A stretch of 36,138 nucleotides of DNA. Source: a virus. Its lineage: Duplodnaviria > Heunggongvirae > Uroviricota > Caudoviricetes. A model generated the notes under the pieces. The model was given only the letters and a program-made list of their open reading frames with translations, was not told the DNA's origin and ran no database searches. Where the stretch lies: the IMG/VR virus record IMGVR_UViG_2563366848_000001; one strand, given 5' to 3'. This document shows positions 9,286-18,372 of this stretch, piece after piece (the stretch's first letter is position 1; every line of letters starts with the position of its first letter). A program made the translations under genes and the position numbers.

Positions 9286-9909
9286 TTAGCGTTTACGGCG
9301 GTAAATGCGGTGCTCGATCATGACACCGATGATCTGTAACTTCATGTCAGCACTGCGCAAAACAGGATAGTCTGGGTTAAGCGGAACCAATTCGAAGTCA
9401 TCAACACCTATTCCCAACGGGCGATATTTTTTGAATGTGGCTTCATGGCCGCCGTTCTTTGCAACCACGAATTCTCCTGGGGTAGGGCACAGATCCGGGT
9501 CGATAATCACGATATCGCCTTCTTTAAACTCCGGCTGCATGCTGTCGCCATCGATGCGAAGAGCGAAGCACGTTTCCGGTACGTCTGCATCAGCCAGAAC
9601 ATATTCAAAATCTCCTGTCAGGTCAGTAACGTCTCTTGCTTCAGTGAGACAACCCGCTTGTACGTAACTCAAAACAGGGATTCTTCTGGTGCTGATTTCA
9701 GCGAGCGGCATTATGTTTTTACCGTTCAATAGCCAGTCCGGGCTGCATTTCAGCGCCTTAGCCAGATCGAGAAGGTTACGCGGCTTTCGGGTGCGTCCGC
9801 TTTCTATAGACTCAATTGATTGCTGGCTAACTCCCGCAGAGTTTGCGACTTCTGTTTGTGTCATTCCAAGTTCGAGACGGCGGGCTTTGAAGCGTGCTGC
9901 GAGAGACAT
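9286..9909 (-). CDS. CI-like repressor (HTH-XRE plus S24 LexA-like peptidase domain)
   Basis: 207 aa from MSLAARFKARRLELGMTQTEV; HTH in N-terminus, GDSM serine and downstream Lys of S24 autopeptidase; start chosen at internal ATG 9909. Confidence 0.9.
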   Translation of the reverse strand: MSLAARFKARRLELGMTQTEVANSAGVSQQSIESIESGRTRKPRNLLDLAKALKCSPDWLLNGKNIMPLAEISTRRIPVLSYVQAGCLTEARDVTDLTGDFEYVLADADVPETCFALRIDGDSMQPEFKEGDIVIIDPDLCPTPGEFVVAKNGGHEATFKKYRPLGIGVDDFELVPLNPDYPVLRSADMKLQIIGVMIEHRIYRRKR

Positions 9910-10029
9910 TTTTAATACCTTGTAAGAGTTGAAATAATGACCTCCTATTATTAAATACAATTTTTGTTGTATTTGACAAACATGATTAGCTGTTGCTAAA
10001 TACCACTAAAATTGTATGAGGTGATAACT
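9910..10029. promoter_or_regulatory. cI-cro intergenic switch region with operator palindrome AAATACAA-N6-TTGTATTT (9953-9974) and putative PR (-35 TTGACA)
   Basis: Divergent repressor genes flank a 120-bp AT-rich region with a 22-bp palindrome overlapping a TTGACA hexamer; GAGGTG SD before cro. Confidence 0.6.
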
Positions 10030-10242
10030 ATGACTCTGGCTACCCGATTAAAAGAGCGACGTAAAGAGCTCAAAATGACGCAGGTCACGCTGGCTGAGCT
10101 AACAGGGGTTAGTCAGCAGGCTATCAACAGGATCGAAAGCGGTGTTATCTCACGCCCACGTTACCTTCTTGAAATCTCCGTTGCGCTTGATTGCGACCCA
10201 AACTGGCTGCTGCACGGCTCACAAAACGATAAAAAGGCGTAA
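10030..10242 (+). CDS. Cro-like HTH (XRE family) regulator
   Basis: 70 aa from MTLATRLKERRKELKMTQ; HTH similar to CI N-terminus; divergent from cI. Confidence 0.8.
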   Translation: MTLATRLKERRKELKMTQVTLAELTGVSQQAINRIESGVISRPRYLLEISVALDCDPNWLLHGSQNDKKA

Positions 10243-10245
10243 CCC

Positions 10246-12423
10246 ATGCCAGAGAAAAAGATCTGGGGGGCGACGCCTGATGAATGGTTCCACTTCGATC
10301 TGGTGCTGGGGCGTACTGACCAGCTGCTGCCGGTCGTGTGCAACCCGGGCGCGACCATATCCCCGAACAGCAAACTAAAAATGCTTGGCAAAACGCCGAG
10401 CCTCTATAACCGCGACCGACTGGCTACCGGGATCAAAGACTGGACCGAGCACGTTGTAACCGAGCGTGACTTTGCCCGCTGGTCGAACGAACCGGATTAC
10501 GGCATCTGCGTGCGTACAGGTCATGGCTGGCTGGCGCTGGACTGTGACAGCGAAGACGAAGACATCCAGGCCGATATTCGCAAAACGCTGGTGCAGCTGC
10601 TTGGCGAGCTGCCGCCGCGTCGCTGGCGCGCCAACAGTAATAAATGCCTGTACCTGCTGGCAGTCGACGGCGATTTCCGTAAGCGCACCCACCGTCTGGC
10701 GTGCGATATGGGGATTATCGAGCTGCTGGCTAACGGCCAACAATTCGTTGCCTGCGGTACGCACAGCAGCGGCGCGCGTATTGAGTGGGACGGTGGTCTG
10801 CCGGACGAACCTCCGGCGGTTACTGCAGACCAGCTCGAAACGCTTTGGCAGCGCCTTGCTGAACAGCTACCTGTGTCGGTTACCACCGAAGCGGGCAGCA
10901 CGAAGATGCGCGACCGCTCAACCTTCACGCCCGGCGCGACGGATGATACCGCCGAATACCTCGACGCAAATGGCTGGACGCTGCTTGATGGCGCGAACGG
11001 CGAGCGATATATCCGCTGCCCGTTCGAAGACGGCCACAGCACCGGCGGCGACCCGACCAGTACGGTTTACTTCCCGGGCGGTACCGCGGGCTTTGAGCAG
11101 GGGCATTTCAAGTGCCTGCACGCCAGCTGTGCGCATCGCGACGACGGCGATTTCCTTAATGCCATCGGGATCCGCAACGACGATTTCGAAGACCTGACCA
11201 GCACCGACGTTGCCGAGCCATTACCGCTGCCGGCGTTCGAGCGCGATAAGTGGGGCCGCATCGAGGCCACCATCAGCAACGCGGCAAAAGCCGTTGTGCG
11301 TCCTGATTTCGTGGACATCGATATCCGCTTTGACCAGTTCCGCGATGAAATCATGTTCGCCCAGGCGGGCTCCGGCCAGTGGCAGGCGTTCACCGATGCG
11401 GACTATGCGCGCCTGCGCATCACGATGGAAAAGCGAGGCTTTAAGCCTGTCGGGCGTGAGCTGATACGCGACGTGGTGCTGCTGGCCGCTGACGAACAGC
11501 CTTTCGACTCGGCGACCACCTGGCTTAACGGGCTGGAGTGGGACGGCGTGCCGCGTATCGAAACTTTCTACCATACGCACTTCGGTACCGCCGACACGCC
11601 ATACACCCGCGCGGTGTCCATGTATATGTGGACGGCGCTGGCGGGCAGGGTGCTGGAGCCCGGCGTCAAAGCCGATATGGTGCCGATCCTCGTCGGTCCT
11701 CAGGGCTGCGGTAAGTCCTCCGGCGTGGAAGCGCTTAGCCCCGACCCGGCGTTCTTCACCGAGATCTCTTTCGCTGAGAAAGACGATGACCTCGCACGCA
11801 AGATGCGCGGACGACTGGTAGCGGAGATTGGCGAGTTGCGCGGCCTCAATACCAAAGAGCTCGAATCCATCAAAGCATTCGTGACGCGCACGCATGAGAA
11901 CTGGATCCCTAAATACCGGGAGTTCGCTACCCAGTTCCCGCGTCGCCTGGTGTTCGTCGGTACCACCAACGAGGACGAATTCCTCGCTGACAAGACCGGT
12001 AACCGCCGGTGGTTGCCTGTGGAGGTGTCGAAAGTCGACGTGAAAGCGATAAAAACCGACCTCCTTTTGCTGTGGGCTGAGGCCCGCGAGACGTTTAAGC
12101 GCCTCGGCGGCATCCAGTTCCGCGATGCTGAGCGGCTCGGTGCGAGTGTCCACGAGCAGTACACGATTAAGGACGCGTGGCTCGAGACGGTCGAGAAATG
12201 GCTCGACACGCCTGACCTGATGACTAACGACATTCCGCGAAATTGCGAATTTTTACTAACTAGTGATGTGTTGAAAGAAGCGATTGGGCTCGATTCTCGC
12301 AACATTGGGAAACGTGAAGAAATGCGAATCGGTAATGTTTTGCAAAATTGCGGATATTTACGCGATAGGCGTTTCGTAAACGGTAAACAGATACGCGTTT
12401 GGGTGAAAACTAGTACCACCTAG
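10246..12423 (+). CDS. DNA primase-helicase (prim-pol N-terminal domain, zinc-binding region, VirE/D5-like P-loop NTPase)
   Basis: 725 aa; acidic DxD cluster LALDCDSEDED, Cys/His cluster CPFEDGH..HFKCLHASCAHRD, Walker A GPQGCGKS; P4-alpha-like arrangement. Confidence 0.85.
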   Translation: MPEKKIWGATPDEWFHFDLVLGRTDQLLPVVCNPGATISPNSKLKMLGKTPSLYNRDRLATGIKDWTEHVVTERDFARWSNEPDYGICVRTGHGWLALDCDSEDEDIQADIRKTLVQLLGELPPRRWRANSNKCLYLLAVDGDFRKRTHRLACDMGIIELLANGQQFVACGTHSSGARIEWDGGLPDEPPAVTADQLETLWQRLAEQLPVSVTTEAGSTKMRDRSTFTPGATDDTAEYLDANGWTLLDGANGERYIRCPFEDGHSTGGDPTSTVYFPGGTAGFEQGHFKCLHASCAHRDDGDFLNAIGIRNDDFEDLTSTDVAEPLPLPAFERDKWGRIEATISNAAKAVVRPDFVDIDIRFDQFRDEIMFAQAGSGQWQAFTDADYARLRITMEKRGFKPVGRELIRDVVLLAADEQPFDSATTWLNGLEWDGVPRIETFYHTHFGTADTPYTRAVSMYMWTALAGRVLEPGVKADMVPILVGPQGCGKSSGVEALSPDPAFFTEISFAEKDDDLARKMRGRLVAEIGELRGLNTKELESIKAFVTRTHENWIPKYREFATQFPRRLVFVGTTNEDEFLADKTGNRRWLPVEVSKVDVKAIKTDLLLLWAEARETFKRLGGIQFRDAERLGASVHEQYTIKDAWLETVEKWLDTPDLMTNDIPRNCEFLLTSDVLKEAIGLDSRNIGKREEMRIGNVLQNCGYLRDRRFVNGKQIRVWVKTSTT

Positions 12424-12588
12424 ACCACCTCGGCGTTTTAGGTGGTCTAGCAGCAAATGGCTGAAATTTAAGGCGAAAGCCAACCTAGACCACCTAGACC
12501 ACCTTTTTACTAAGAACCCCATATATATATATAAGTCGATTTGGGGAAAGGTTAGAAAATAGTGGTCTAGGTGGTCACAGGTGGTCTA
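12411..12588. repeat. iteron cluster (about 8 copies of TAGACCACC / GGTGGTCTA in both orientations) flanking an AT-rich (AT)n tract; putative origin of replication
   Basis: Direct copies at about 12411, 12421, 12486, 12495; inverted copies at about 12440, 12561, 12571, 12580; ATATATATATATA at about 12520-12533; immediately 3' of the primase gene. Confidence 0.7.
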
Positions 12589-12723
12589 GCAATGAATATG
12601 TAATTTATTGCAGGTAGCGATATGCAAACACGATTTGATTCCGCCACGGCGATTAACGAGCGCCAGAAGCTAAATAAAATCGCTCTCTATGCTCGCGCGT
12701 GCGCGCGTTTTGCGAGGTGACCT

Positions 12724-12999
12724 ATGCCAGTTGTCGCAACGTTCAAAACAGACTGGTTCCGGGTGATTAACGACATCACACGCAGCGGCATTCCCCTGCA
12801 GGAGATAGCCAGAGAGCTCGACGTGTCAAAGTCTGCTATCATCGGCTGGAAGCAGGGCGCAGCGCCGAACCACCACACAGGCGAAGCACTGATAGATTTC
12901 TGGTGCTACGTAACGCAGCGCCCGCGTTCCGAACTGCCAGCACAGGTTACATCACGGCGATTCGTTTACGCCTGGCGCACAAAGCGTTTGGCACCATGA
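12724..12999 (+). CDS. small HTH-containing protein (91 aa), candidate regulator
   Basis: Helix-turn-helix-like stretch IPLQEIARELDVSKSAIIGWKQG; GAGGTG SD; sits between origin and the late operon promoter. Confidence 0.5.
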   Translation: MPVVATFKTDWFRVINDITRSGIPLQEIARELDVSKSAIIGWKQGAAPNHHTGEALIDFWCYVTQRPRSELPAQVTSRRFVYAWRTKRLAP

Positions 13000-13009
13000 A
13001 AACTTGCAA

Positions 13010-13062
13010 AAACAGGGCGTTCATCGGTTAAAAACGCTATGCAAAAACCGCCCTGTTTTATG
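13010..13062. terminator. hairpin with flanking T-runs (possible bidirectional terminator)
   Basis: 10-bp inverted repeat AAACAGGGCG..CGCCCTGTTT with a structured loop, T-run on both strands. Confidence 0.4.
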
Positions 13063-13150
13063 CACGATTTATGCAGTCCATTTTCACCACTTCCCGCCAG
13101 TAAACCGCAACAAATAACCGCTTCGCCCATTTAACGTAATGAGTCCACTT

Positions 13151-13179
13151 TTGATGGTGCGTGTAAGGACCATTATGTT
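13151..13179 (+). promoter_or_regulatory. sigma70-like promoter candidate (TTGATG-17-TATGTT) upstream of the late operon
   Basis: Hexamers with 17-bp spacing about 35 nt upstream of motif copy 1 and about 100 nt upstream of the first late gene. Confidence 0.35.
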
Positions 13180-13212
13180 AAATCGGCCCTGTTTTTAACA
13201 AATCTTCCATTT

Positions 13213-13228
13213 GGTCGGGATTCCGACC
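13213..13228 (+). repeat. conserved hairpin motif GGTCGGGATTCCGACC, copy 1 (extended CATTTGGTCGGGATTCCGACCGC)
   Basis: Exact 16-mer; 6-bp stem GGTCGG/CCGACC with GATT loop; precedes the 13277 gene. Confidence 0.8.
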
Positions 13229-13276
13229 GCGACCCCGTTTCACACTTACGGCTCAATCATCACAGGAGCCACCACA

Positions 13277-13696
13277 ATGGGCCGACCAAAGAAACCTATC
13301 GAAGTACCGGGGCAGGAACCTGAAACGGGCGCAGAGCTGATTACAGGCGCGACCGGTGAAGCCATAACACCGGACCCACAGCGCGCAGAACAGGAAGTTA
13401 TCCAGCATCGCGTTGCTAACCTGCTGGACGATGCCGCACTCGCTGAGCGCAATACTCTGCTGGGTACCATCAACGAGCAGGGCGCGGCTATCATCGCCCG
13501 CTTTGAAACGCTGGGTTACACCGACCTGGCTGACCAGCAGCTGACCGACAATCTCGAATTCCTCCAGCTCGTAAAAAAAGCCACCACGGCGACACCTGCT
13601 GCGCCGCTGGGCTACGTGACGAACGACGAGGGCAAGCCGCAGCCCGTGACGGGTAAACCCGTTCTGACTGAGCACGGCTGGCACGTTCCAGGCTAA
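13277..13696 (+). CDS. hypothetical protein (140 aa), first gene of late operon
   Basis: ATG with AGGAG SD 7 nt upstream; start chosen over the upstream TTG start of the ORF track. Confidence 0.6.
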   Translation: MGRPKKPIEVPGQEPETGAELITGATGEAITPDPQRAEQEVIQHRVANLLDDAALAERNTLLGTINEQGAAIIARFETLGYTDLADQQLTDNLEFLQLVKKATTATPAAPLGYVTNDEGKPQPVTGKPVLTEHGWHVPG

Positions 13697-13708
13697 GAGG
13701 GTATCGAT

Positions 13709-13939
13709 ATGTGTGGAGGCGGAGCACCAAAGGTCGTACAGACCGACCCGCAGGCCGAAGCGGATGCGGCTGCCGATGCAGCGGCAAAAGCGGCAAACGC
13801 GGACGCAGCATCGCGCAAGAAGCGCAAAAAAGGCTCGTCCCTTCTCGCCAGTGGTGCAGAGGGCGCAGCTGATTCTGGCAGCTCACTGCTGTCCTCTGGT
13901 GCGCAGGCAGCGCAGCAGAAAAACACTCTGGGGGCGTAA
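13709..13939 (+). CDS. hypothetical Ala/Ser-rich small protein (76 aa)
   Basis: AGAGGG SD; low-complexity Ala-rich composition; upstream of portal gene. Confidence 0.5.
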   Translation: MCGGGAPKVVQTDPQAEADAAADAAAKAANADAASRKKRKKGSSLLASGAEGAADSGSSLLSSGAQAAQQKNTLGA

Positions 13940-13942
13940 CTG

Positions 13943-15568
13943 ATGGATGAACTCGCCGTTAAGCTGATTAAGCGTTCCGACACGCTGAAAGCCAACCGCC
14001 AGCAGCATGAAAGCGTCTGGCGCGAGTGCTATGACTACACCTATCCGCTGCGCGGCGCGGGATTCTCTGACGAAGTGCTCGATGCTCAGAGCGCAAAACA
14101 CAAGGTGGCGAAGCTACTGGACGGCACCGCCACCGACAGCGCCCGCATGCTGGCCTCTGCGCTCATGTCCGGCATGACCCCGGCAAACGCGCAGTGGCTG
14201 AACCTCGACAGCGAATCGCTACCGGACGACGCCAAAGCCTGGCTGTCTGAGTGCGCAACGCTGGTATGGGAAAATATCCACGCGGCCAACTTCGACGCCG
14301 AGGGCTACGAGGCGAATCTCGATGTGGTGTGCGCTGGCTGGTTCGTCCTGTACATCGACGAGGACCGTGAAGAGGGTGGCTACACCTTCCAGCAGTGGCC
14401 GCTGGCGCAGTGCTATGTCACGTCCACCCGCAAGGATGGCATCGTGGACACGATCTACCGCCGCTACCAGCTTACCGCAGAGCAGGCCATCAAAGAATTC
14501 GGCGCGGACAAGGTCAGCGAGAAGATCCGCGACGCGGCGAAGCAAAAGCCCGACGATAAATTCGATTTCCTGCACTGCATTTTCCCGCGCGAAACCTACA
14601 TGGTCGATGCCCGCCTGGCGAAAAACATGCGCTTTGCGTCGTACAACGTCGACGTGAACAATAAGCAGATTGTGCGCGAATCCGGCTATCACGAATTCCC
14701 GTGCTGCGTTCCGCGCTGGATGAAAATCCCCGGCAGCTCCTACGGCATCGGCCCGGTGTACGACGCGCTGCCGGACTGCAAAGAGCTGAACGAAACCAAA
14801 CGCATGGAGAAAGCCGCGCAGGATCTGGCTATCTCCGGCATGTGGATTGCCGAAGACGACGGCGTACTCAACCCGTGCACGGTCAAGGTCGGCCCGCGTC
14901 GCATCATCGTGGCGAACAGCGTCGACAGCATGAAACCACTGCTGACCGGTTCAGATTTCAGCGTGGCATTCACTGCCGAAGAGCGCCTGCAGGCGTCAAT
15001 CCGCAAAATCATGATGGCCGACCAGCTGCAGCCGCAGGACGGGCCAGCCATGACCGCAACCGAGGTACACGTGCGCGTCGCGCTGATTCGCCAGTTGCTC
15101 GGCCCGGTGTATGGCCGTTTCCAGGCGGAATATCTCCAGCTGCTGGTGGTGCGCTGCTTTGGTATCGCTTTCCGCGCAGGCATCTTCTCCCCGCCGCCGG
15201 AAAGCCTGCAGAACGCCAATTTCAACGTGCGTTACATCTCCCCTCTGGCACGCGCCCAGAAGCTGGAAGACGTAACGGCAATCGAGCGCCTCGGCGCGAA
15301 CGTGGCAAACCTCGCCGGCATCAGCCAGGACGTTATTGATCTCATTGATACCGACGAAGCCACGCGCGTTGTGGCCGATGCGCTTGGCGTCCCGGCTAAG
15401 GTTATTCGCTCATCCGATGCTGTGGCAAATATCCGCGACCAGCGCCAGAAAGCACAGCAGCAGGCCGCTCAGCAGCAGCTCATGATGCAGGCGGGAACCG
15501 AGGCCGCAGGAGCCGCAGGGCAGACCGCTGGTGCGGCAATAGGGCAACGACTGGCAGGTAACCAATGA
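13943..15568 (+). CDS. portal (head-to-tail connector) protein, T7 gp8-like
   Basis: 541 aa, size and position (before scaffold and capsid) as in T7-like phages; recognisable from overall sequence character. Confidence 0.75.
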   Translation: MDELAVKLIKRSDTLKANRQQHESVWRECYDYTYPLRGAGFSDEVLDAQSAKHKVAKLLDGTATDSARMLASALMSGMTPANAQWLNLDSESLPDDAKAWLSECATLVWENIHAANFDAEGYEANLDVVCAGWFVLYIDEDREEGGYTFQQWPLAQCYVTSTRKDGIVDTIYRRYQLTAEQAIKEFGADKVSEKIRDAAKQKPDDKFDFLHCIFPRETYMVDARLAKNMRFASYNVDVNNKQIVRESGYHEFPCCVPRWMKIPGSSYGIGPVYDALPDCKELNETKRMEKAAQDLAISGMWIAEDDGVLNPCTVKVGPRRIIVANSVDSMKPLLTGSDFSVAFTAEERLQASIRKIMMADQLQPQDGPAMTATEVHVRVALIRQLLGPVYGRFQAEYLQLLVVRCFGIAFRAGIFSPPPESLQNANFNVRYISPLARAQKLEDVTAIERLGANVANLAGISQDVIDLIDTDEATRVVADALGVPAKVIRSSDAVANIRDQRQKAQQQAAQQQLMMQAGTEAAGAAGQTAGAAIGQRLAGNQ

Positions 15569-15798
15569 GAATAAAACAGGCTACACCTCAGGACTTTAAG
15601 CGCATTTTTGAAGAAATGCCCGGCGGCTCTCAGGTGCTGGAAGAATTAACGCGCCGCTTCGGGCGTGCGGCATACGTCCCCGGCGGTACCGAGGGCGACC
15701 GTGAAACGTGTTACAGGGCAGGGCAGCGATCCGTACTGGATTACATCCTGCGCGAAATCAACAAGGCCGATGGAGTAGAAGACGATGTGGAAGCTTAA
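15565..15798 (+). CDS. hypothetical protein (77 aa)
   Basis: ATGA overlap with portal stop; between portal and scaffold genes. Confidence 0.5.
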   Translation: MRIKQATPQDFKRIFEEMPGGSQVLEELTRRFGRAAYVPGGTEGDRETCYRAGQRSVLDYILREINKADGVEDDVEA

Positions 15799-16621
15799 AC
15801 ACTTATTCATGAACGCTGAGCAGGGCGCAGAACAGCCAGGCGGCGGTAACGGAGGTGGTGAAGATGGCGGCAATAATCCGGGTGCTGGCGAACCTTCTGG
15901 TAATTCTCTGCTCAGCACCGGCGCGGGCGAACCGGGTGCTAATGACTGGCTACCTGAGAAATTCCGCGTTATGGGCGAAGACGGAAAGCTCAGTATTGAA
16001 AGCTCTGCCCGCAAACTGGCGGAAAACTACACTCATCTTGAAAAACGCATGGGTAGCGGCGACGCGCCGCCGAAAACGGCGGATGAGTATGCACCTAAGG
16101 TAGAGGTCGAGGGATTCAACTGGGAAGAGTTCAAAGCCGATCCGCGCATGCAGGGCTTCATGAAAACAGCGCACGCCAAAGGCATCACCAACGATCAGAT
16201 GAGCTTTATCCTGGGTGAATATGCACAACGCGCACCAGAGCTGGTAGGCGGTGCCGCTGCGCTGGATTCTGAAGCCGCAACCACGCAGCTGCGCGAGGTG
16301 TGGAAGACTGACGCAGAGTTTAAGCAAAACATCGGTCTGGCTTTCCGCGCGTTCAACTCTCTGGCGGACGACGCCGACAAAGGCCGTATTGACGAGATCG
16401 GCAATAACCCGATGGTTATCCGCATGCTGGCTAAAGTCGGCGCAGAAATGCAGGAGGATGCGCCAGCGGGTGGCGATGTGAACCTTGAAGAGCAGCAGAC
16501 AATTCGCGACCTGATGAAATCCCCTGCGTACATGGACCCTAAAAACCCAGACCATGAGCGCGTATCAGCGAAGGTCAAAGCGTATTACCAGAAGCGCTAT
16601 GGCGATCAAACTGTAGCGTGA
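15785..16621 (+). CDS. scaffolding protein, T7 gp9-like
   Basis: 278 aa, acidic, Gly-rich N-terminus, positioned between portal and capsid. Confidence 0.6.
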   Translation: MWKLKHLFMNAEQGAEQPGGGNGGGEDGGNNPGAGEPSGNSLLSTGAGEPGANDWLPEKFRVMGEDGKLSIESSARKLAENYTHLEKRMGSGDAPPKTADEYAPKVEVEGFNWEEFKADPRMQGFMKTAHAKGITNDQMSFILGEYAQRAPELVGGAAALDSEAATTQLREVWKTDAEFKQNIGLAFRAFNSLADDADKGRIDEIGNNPMVIRMLAKVGAEMQEDAPAGGDVNLEEQQTIRDLMKSPAYMDPKNPDHERVSAKVKAYYQKRYGDQTVA

Positions 16622-16643
16622 CATGTCACAGTAACATATCAAA

Positions 16644-16668
16644 AGCCAGCCTGACCCGCCGGCTTTTT
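16644..16668 (+). terminator. weak hairpin plus T-run after scaffold gene
   Basis: AGCCAGC..GCCGGCT stem with one mismatch followed by TTTTT. Confidence 0.4.
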
Positions 16669-16673
16669 CATTT

Positions 16674-16689
16674 GGTCGGGATTCCGACC
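16674..16689 (+). repeat. conserved hairpin motif GGTCGGGATTCCGACC, copy 2 (extended CATTTGGTCGGGATTCCGACCGC)
   Basis: Exact 16-mer with the same 23-nt extended context as copy 1; about 150 nt upstream of the capsid gene. Confidence 0.8.
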
Positions 16690-16838
16690 GCACACCTCGC
16701 TAACAATCTCCCCACTACCAGCCCGGCGGGGACGCCGGATAACTGAATTTTCCCGCAGTGCGTAAGCGCCACGCGCATTGTGTTAATCGGGCCGGGAAAC
16801 CGACAACCCAGCAGGCGATATTTTCTGGAGTGATTGTT

Positions 16839-17750
16839 ATGTCATTTGATGCCAATAAGAACATGATCACCGCTGCGTTTATCACGCAGTTTCATGATTC
16901 TTTCGAAATCGCCGCGCAGCAGAAGGATTCCCGCCTGCAGGCAGCGGTAAACGACCGAGGGATGATTACCGGCGAAGCATTCACCATCAACGATATGGGC
17001 ACCATCGAAATGACGCAGATCACCACGCGTTTCGGTGACACCGTATGGGACCTGCCAGAAGCCGGCACCCGTAACGCGTTGATGGCGGACTACGCTGTAT
17101 TCGTGCCAGTTGAAAAACGTGACCTGCGTAAACTGCTGGCCGACCCGCAGGGGCCATATCTGCAGCTTACCCTGGCGGCCTCCAACCGTAAAAAAGACGA
17201 TGTTGTTTATCGTGCTCTGCTCGACCCTGTGATGCGTAAAACATCCAGCGGCGGCGCGTATGCACCGGTGGCGCTGCCTGCGTCGCAGAAAATCGTTGTA
17301 GGTGGCACTGGCATGACCAAAGCCAAGCTGATCGCCGCGAAAGCGATGTTCCGCCGCAACGAGTGCGACGAACAGAACGGTGAAGAGCTGTATATCACCT
17401 ACAACGCCGACATGCTGACGCAGATCCTCAGCGATACCACGCTGACTTCTGCCGACTTCATGGCGGTGAAAATGCTGCAGGAAGGTGCCGTGTCCGGTAA
17501 CTGGCTCGGCTTTAAGTGGCTGGCATATGAAAAACTGGATTCTGCGACCGCAGGCGATCCGGCAGTTACCACCAAAACCGCCGTCGCATGGTGTAAATCC
17601 GCTGTGCATTTCGGTACCGGCGCTGAGTACAACGTCGATATCGGCCCACGCCGCGATAAAAACAACACCATTCAGATCTCTGTTGATGCGTCTTATGGTG
17701 CTGGCCGTGCCAACGAGAAAAAAGTCGTCGCCATCGATTTTGTTGTTTAA
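16839..17750 (+). CDS. major capsid protein, T7 gp10-like
   Basis: 303 aa from MSFDANKNMITAAF with GGAG SD; position after scaffold; strong terminator directly downstream. Confidence 0.75.
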   Translation: MSFDANKNMITAAFITQFHDSFEIAAQQKDSRLQAAVNDRGMITGEAFTINDMGTIEMTQITTRFGDTVWDLPEAGTRNALMADYAVFVPVEKRDLRKLLADPQGPYLQLTLAASNRKKDDVVYRALLDPVMRKTSSGGAYAPVALPASQKIVVGGTGMTKAKLIAAKAMFRRNECDEQNGEELYITYNADMLTQILSDTTLTSADFMAVKMLQEGAVSGNWLGFKWLAYEKLDSATAGDPAVTTKTAVAWCKSAVHFGTGAEYNVDIGPRRDKNNTIQISVDASYGAGRANEKKVVAIDFVV

Positions 17751-17765
17751 GCCGCTGGCGTTTTT

Positions 17766-17791
17766 GCCGGGGTATACCCCCGGCCTTTTTT
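17766..17791 (+). terminator. strong intrinsic terminator after major capsid gene
   Basis: GCCGGGG-TATA-CCCCGGC hairpin followed by CTTTTTTC; analogous to a T-phi-type terminator after the capsid gene. Confidence 0.8.
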
Positions 17792-17807
17792 CATCTGAGG
17801 CTATGCC

Positions 17808-18371
17808 ATGACTTCGAGTGTCTCTATCTGCTCAAACGCACTTCTGGCGCTGGGTGCACACCCGATAAATGATTTCGACGAAGACACGGATCATGCCCGT
17901 CTTTGCGCCAACCTTTACCCTACTGTCCGCAATAAATTACTCCGCGCTCACCCGTGGAACTGTGCAATAAAGCGCGTTGTGCTCTCACCCGTCAGCGCCG
18001 CGCCCGTCTTCGGATATGGCTATCAGTTTTCGCTGCCGGGCGACCTGATTCGCGTCCTTTCTGTGGGGGAGCCACGGGATGATATTGATTACCGTATTGA
18101 GGGTACCCGGCTGTTGGCTAACGTCGATGCGATTCGCCTGCGTTATGTCTACCGTAACGAGGACGAGTCCACGTGGGACGCTGCGCTGGTGGATGTTGCT
18201 GAAATGATGATGCAGTCCAAGCTGGCTTATGCGGTGACCGGGTCCACCAGCCTGCGCGATAGCCTGGCGCAGGAGGCCTCATTCCTGCTGAAACAGGCAA
18301 AAGCCGTCGATGGTCAGGAAGAACCGCCGGAAGAGCTGGACGGCTATCCAACTTATGAGTCGAGGTTCTGA
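17808..18371 (+). CDS. tail tubular protein A, T7 gp11-like
   Basis: 187 aa; size and position match gp11. Confidence 0.65.
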   Translation: MTSSVSICSNALLALGAHPINDFDEDTDHARLCANLYPTVRNKLLRAHPWNCAIKRVVLSPVSAAPVFGYGYQFSLPGDLIRVLSVGEPRDDIDYRIEGTRLLANVDAIRLRYVYRNEDESTWDAALVDVAEMMMQSKLAYAVTGSTSLRDSLAQEASFLLKQAKAVDGQEEPPEELDGYPTYESRF

Positions 18372-18372
18372 C

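Noticed and set aside
12411-12588. Possible CRISPR array
   Set aside because: The repeats are only 9-10 bp, occur in both orientations, have no uniform-length spacers, and flank an AT-rich tract next to a primase gene, which is iteron/origin architecture.
12622-12720. 32-codon ORF (MQTRFDSATAINERQKLNKIALYARACARFAR) upstream of the 12724 gene
   Set aside because: It is too short and has no clear SD; it may be a leader peptide but the sequence alone does not support calling it.
13213-13230. Sigma54 (-24/-12) promoter reading of the repeated motif
   Set aside because: GG-N10-GC spacing is present in only two of the five copies, and the flanking bases do not match TGGCAC-N5-TTGCA.
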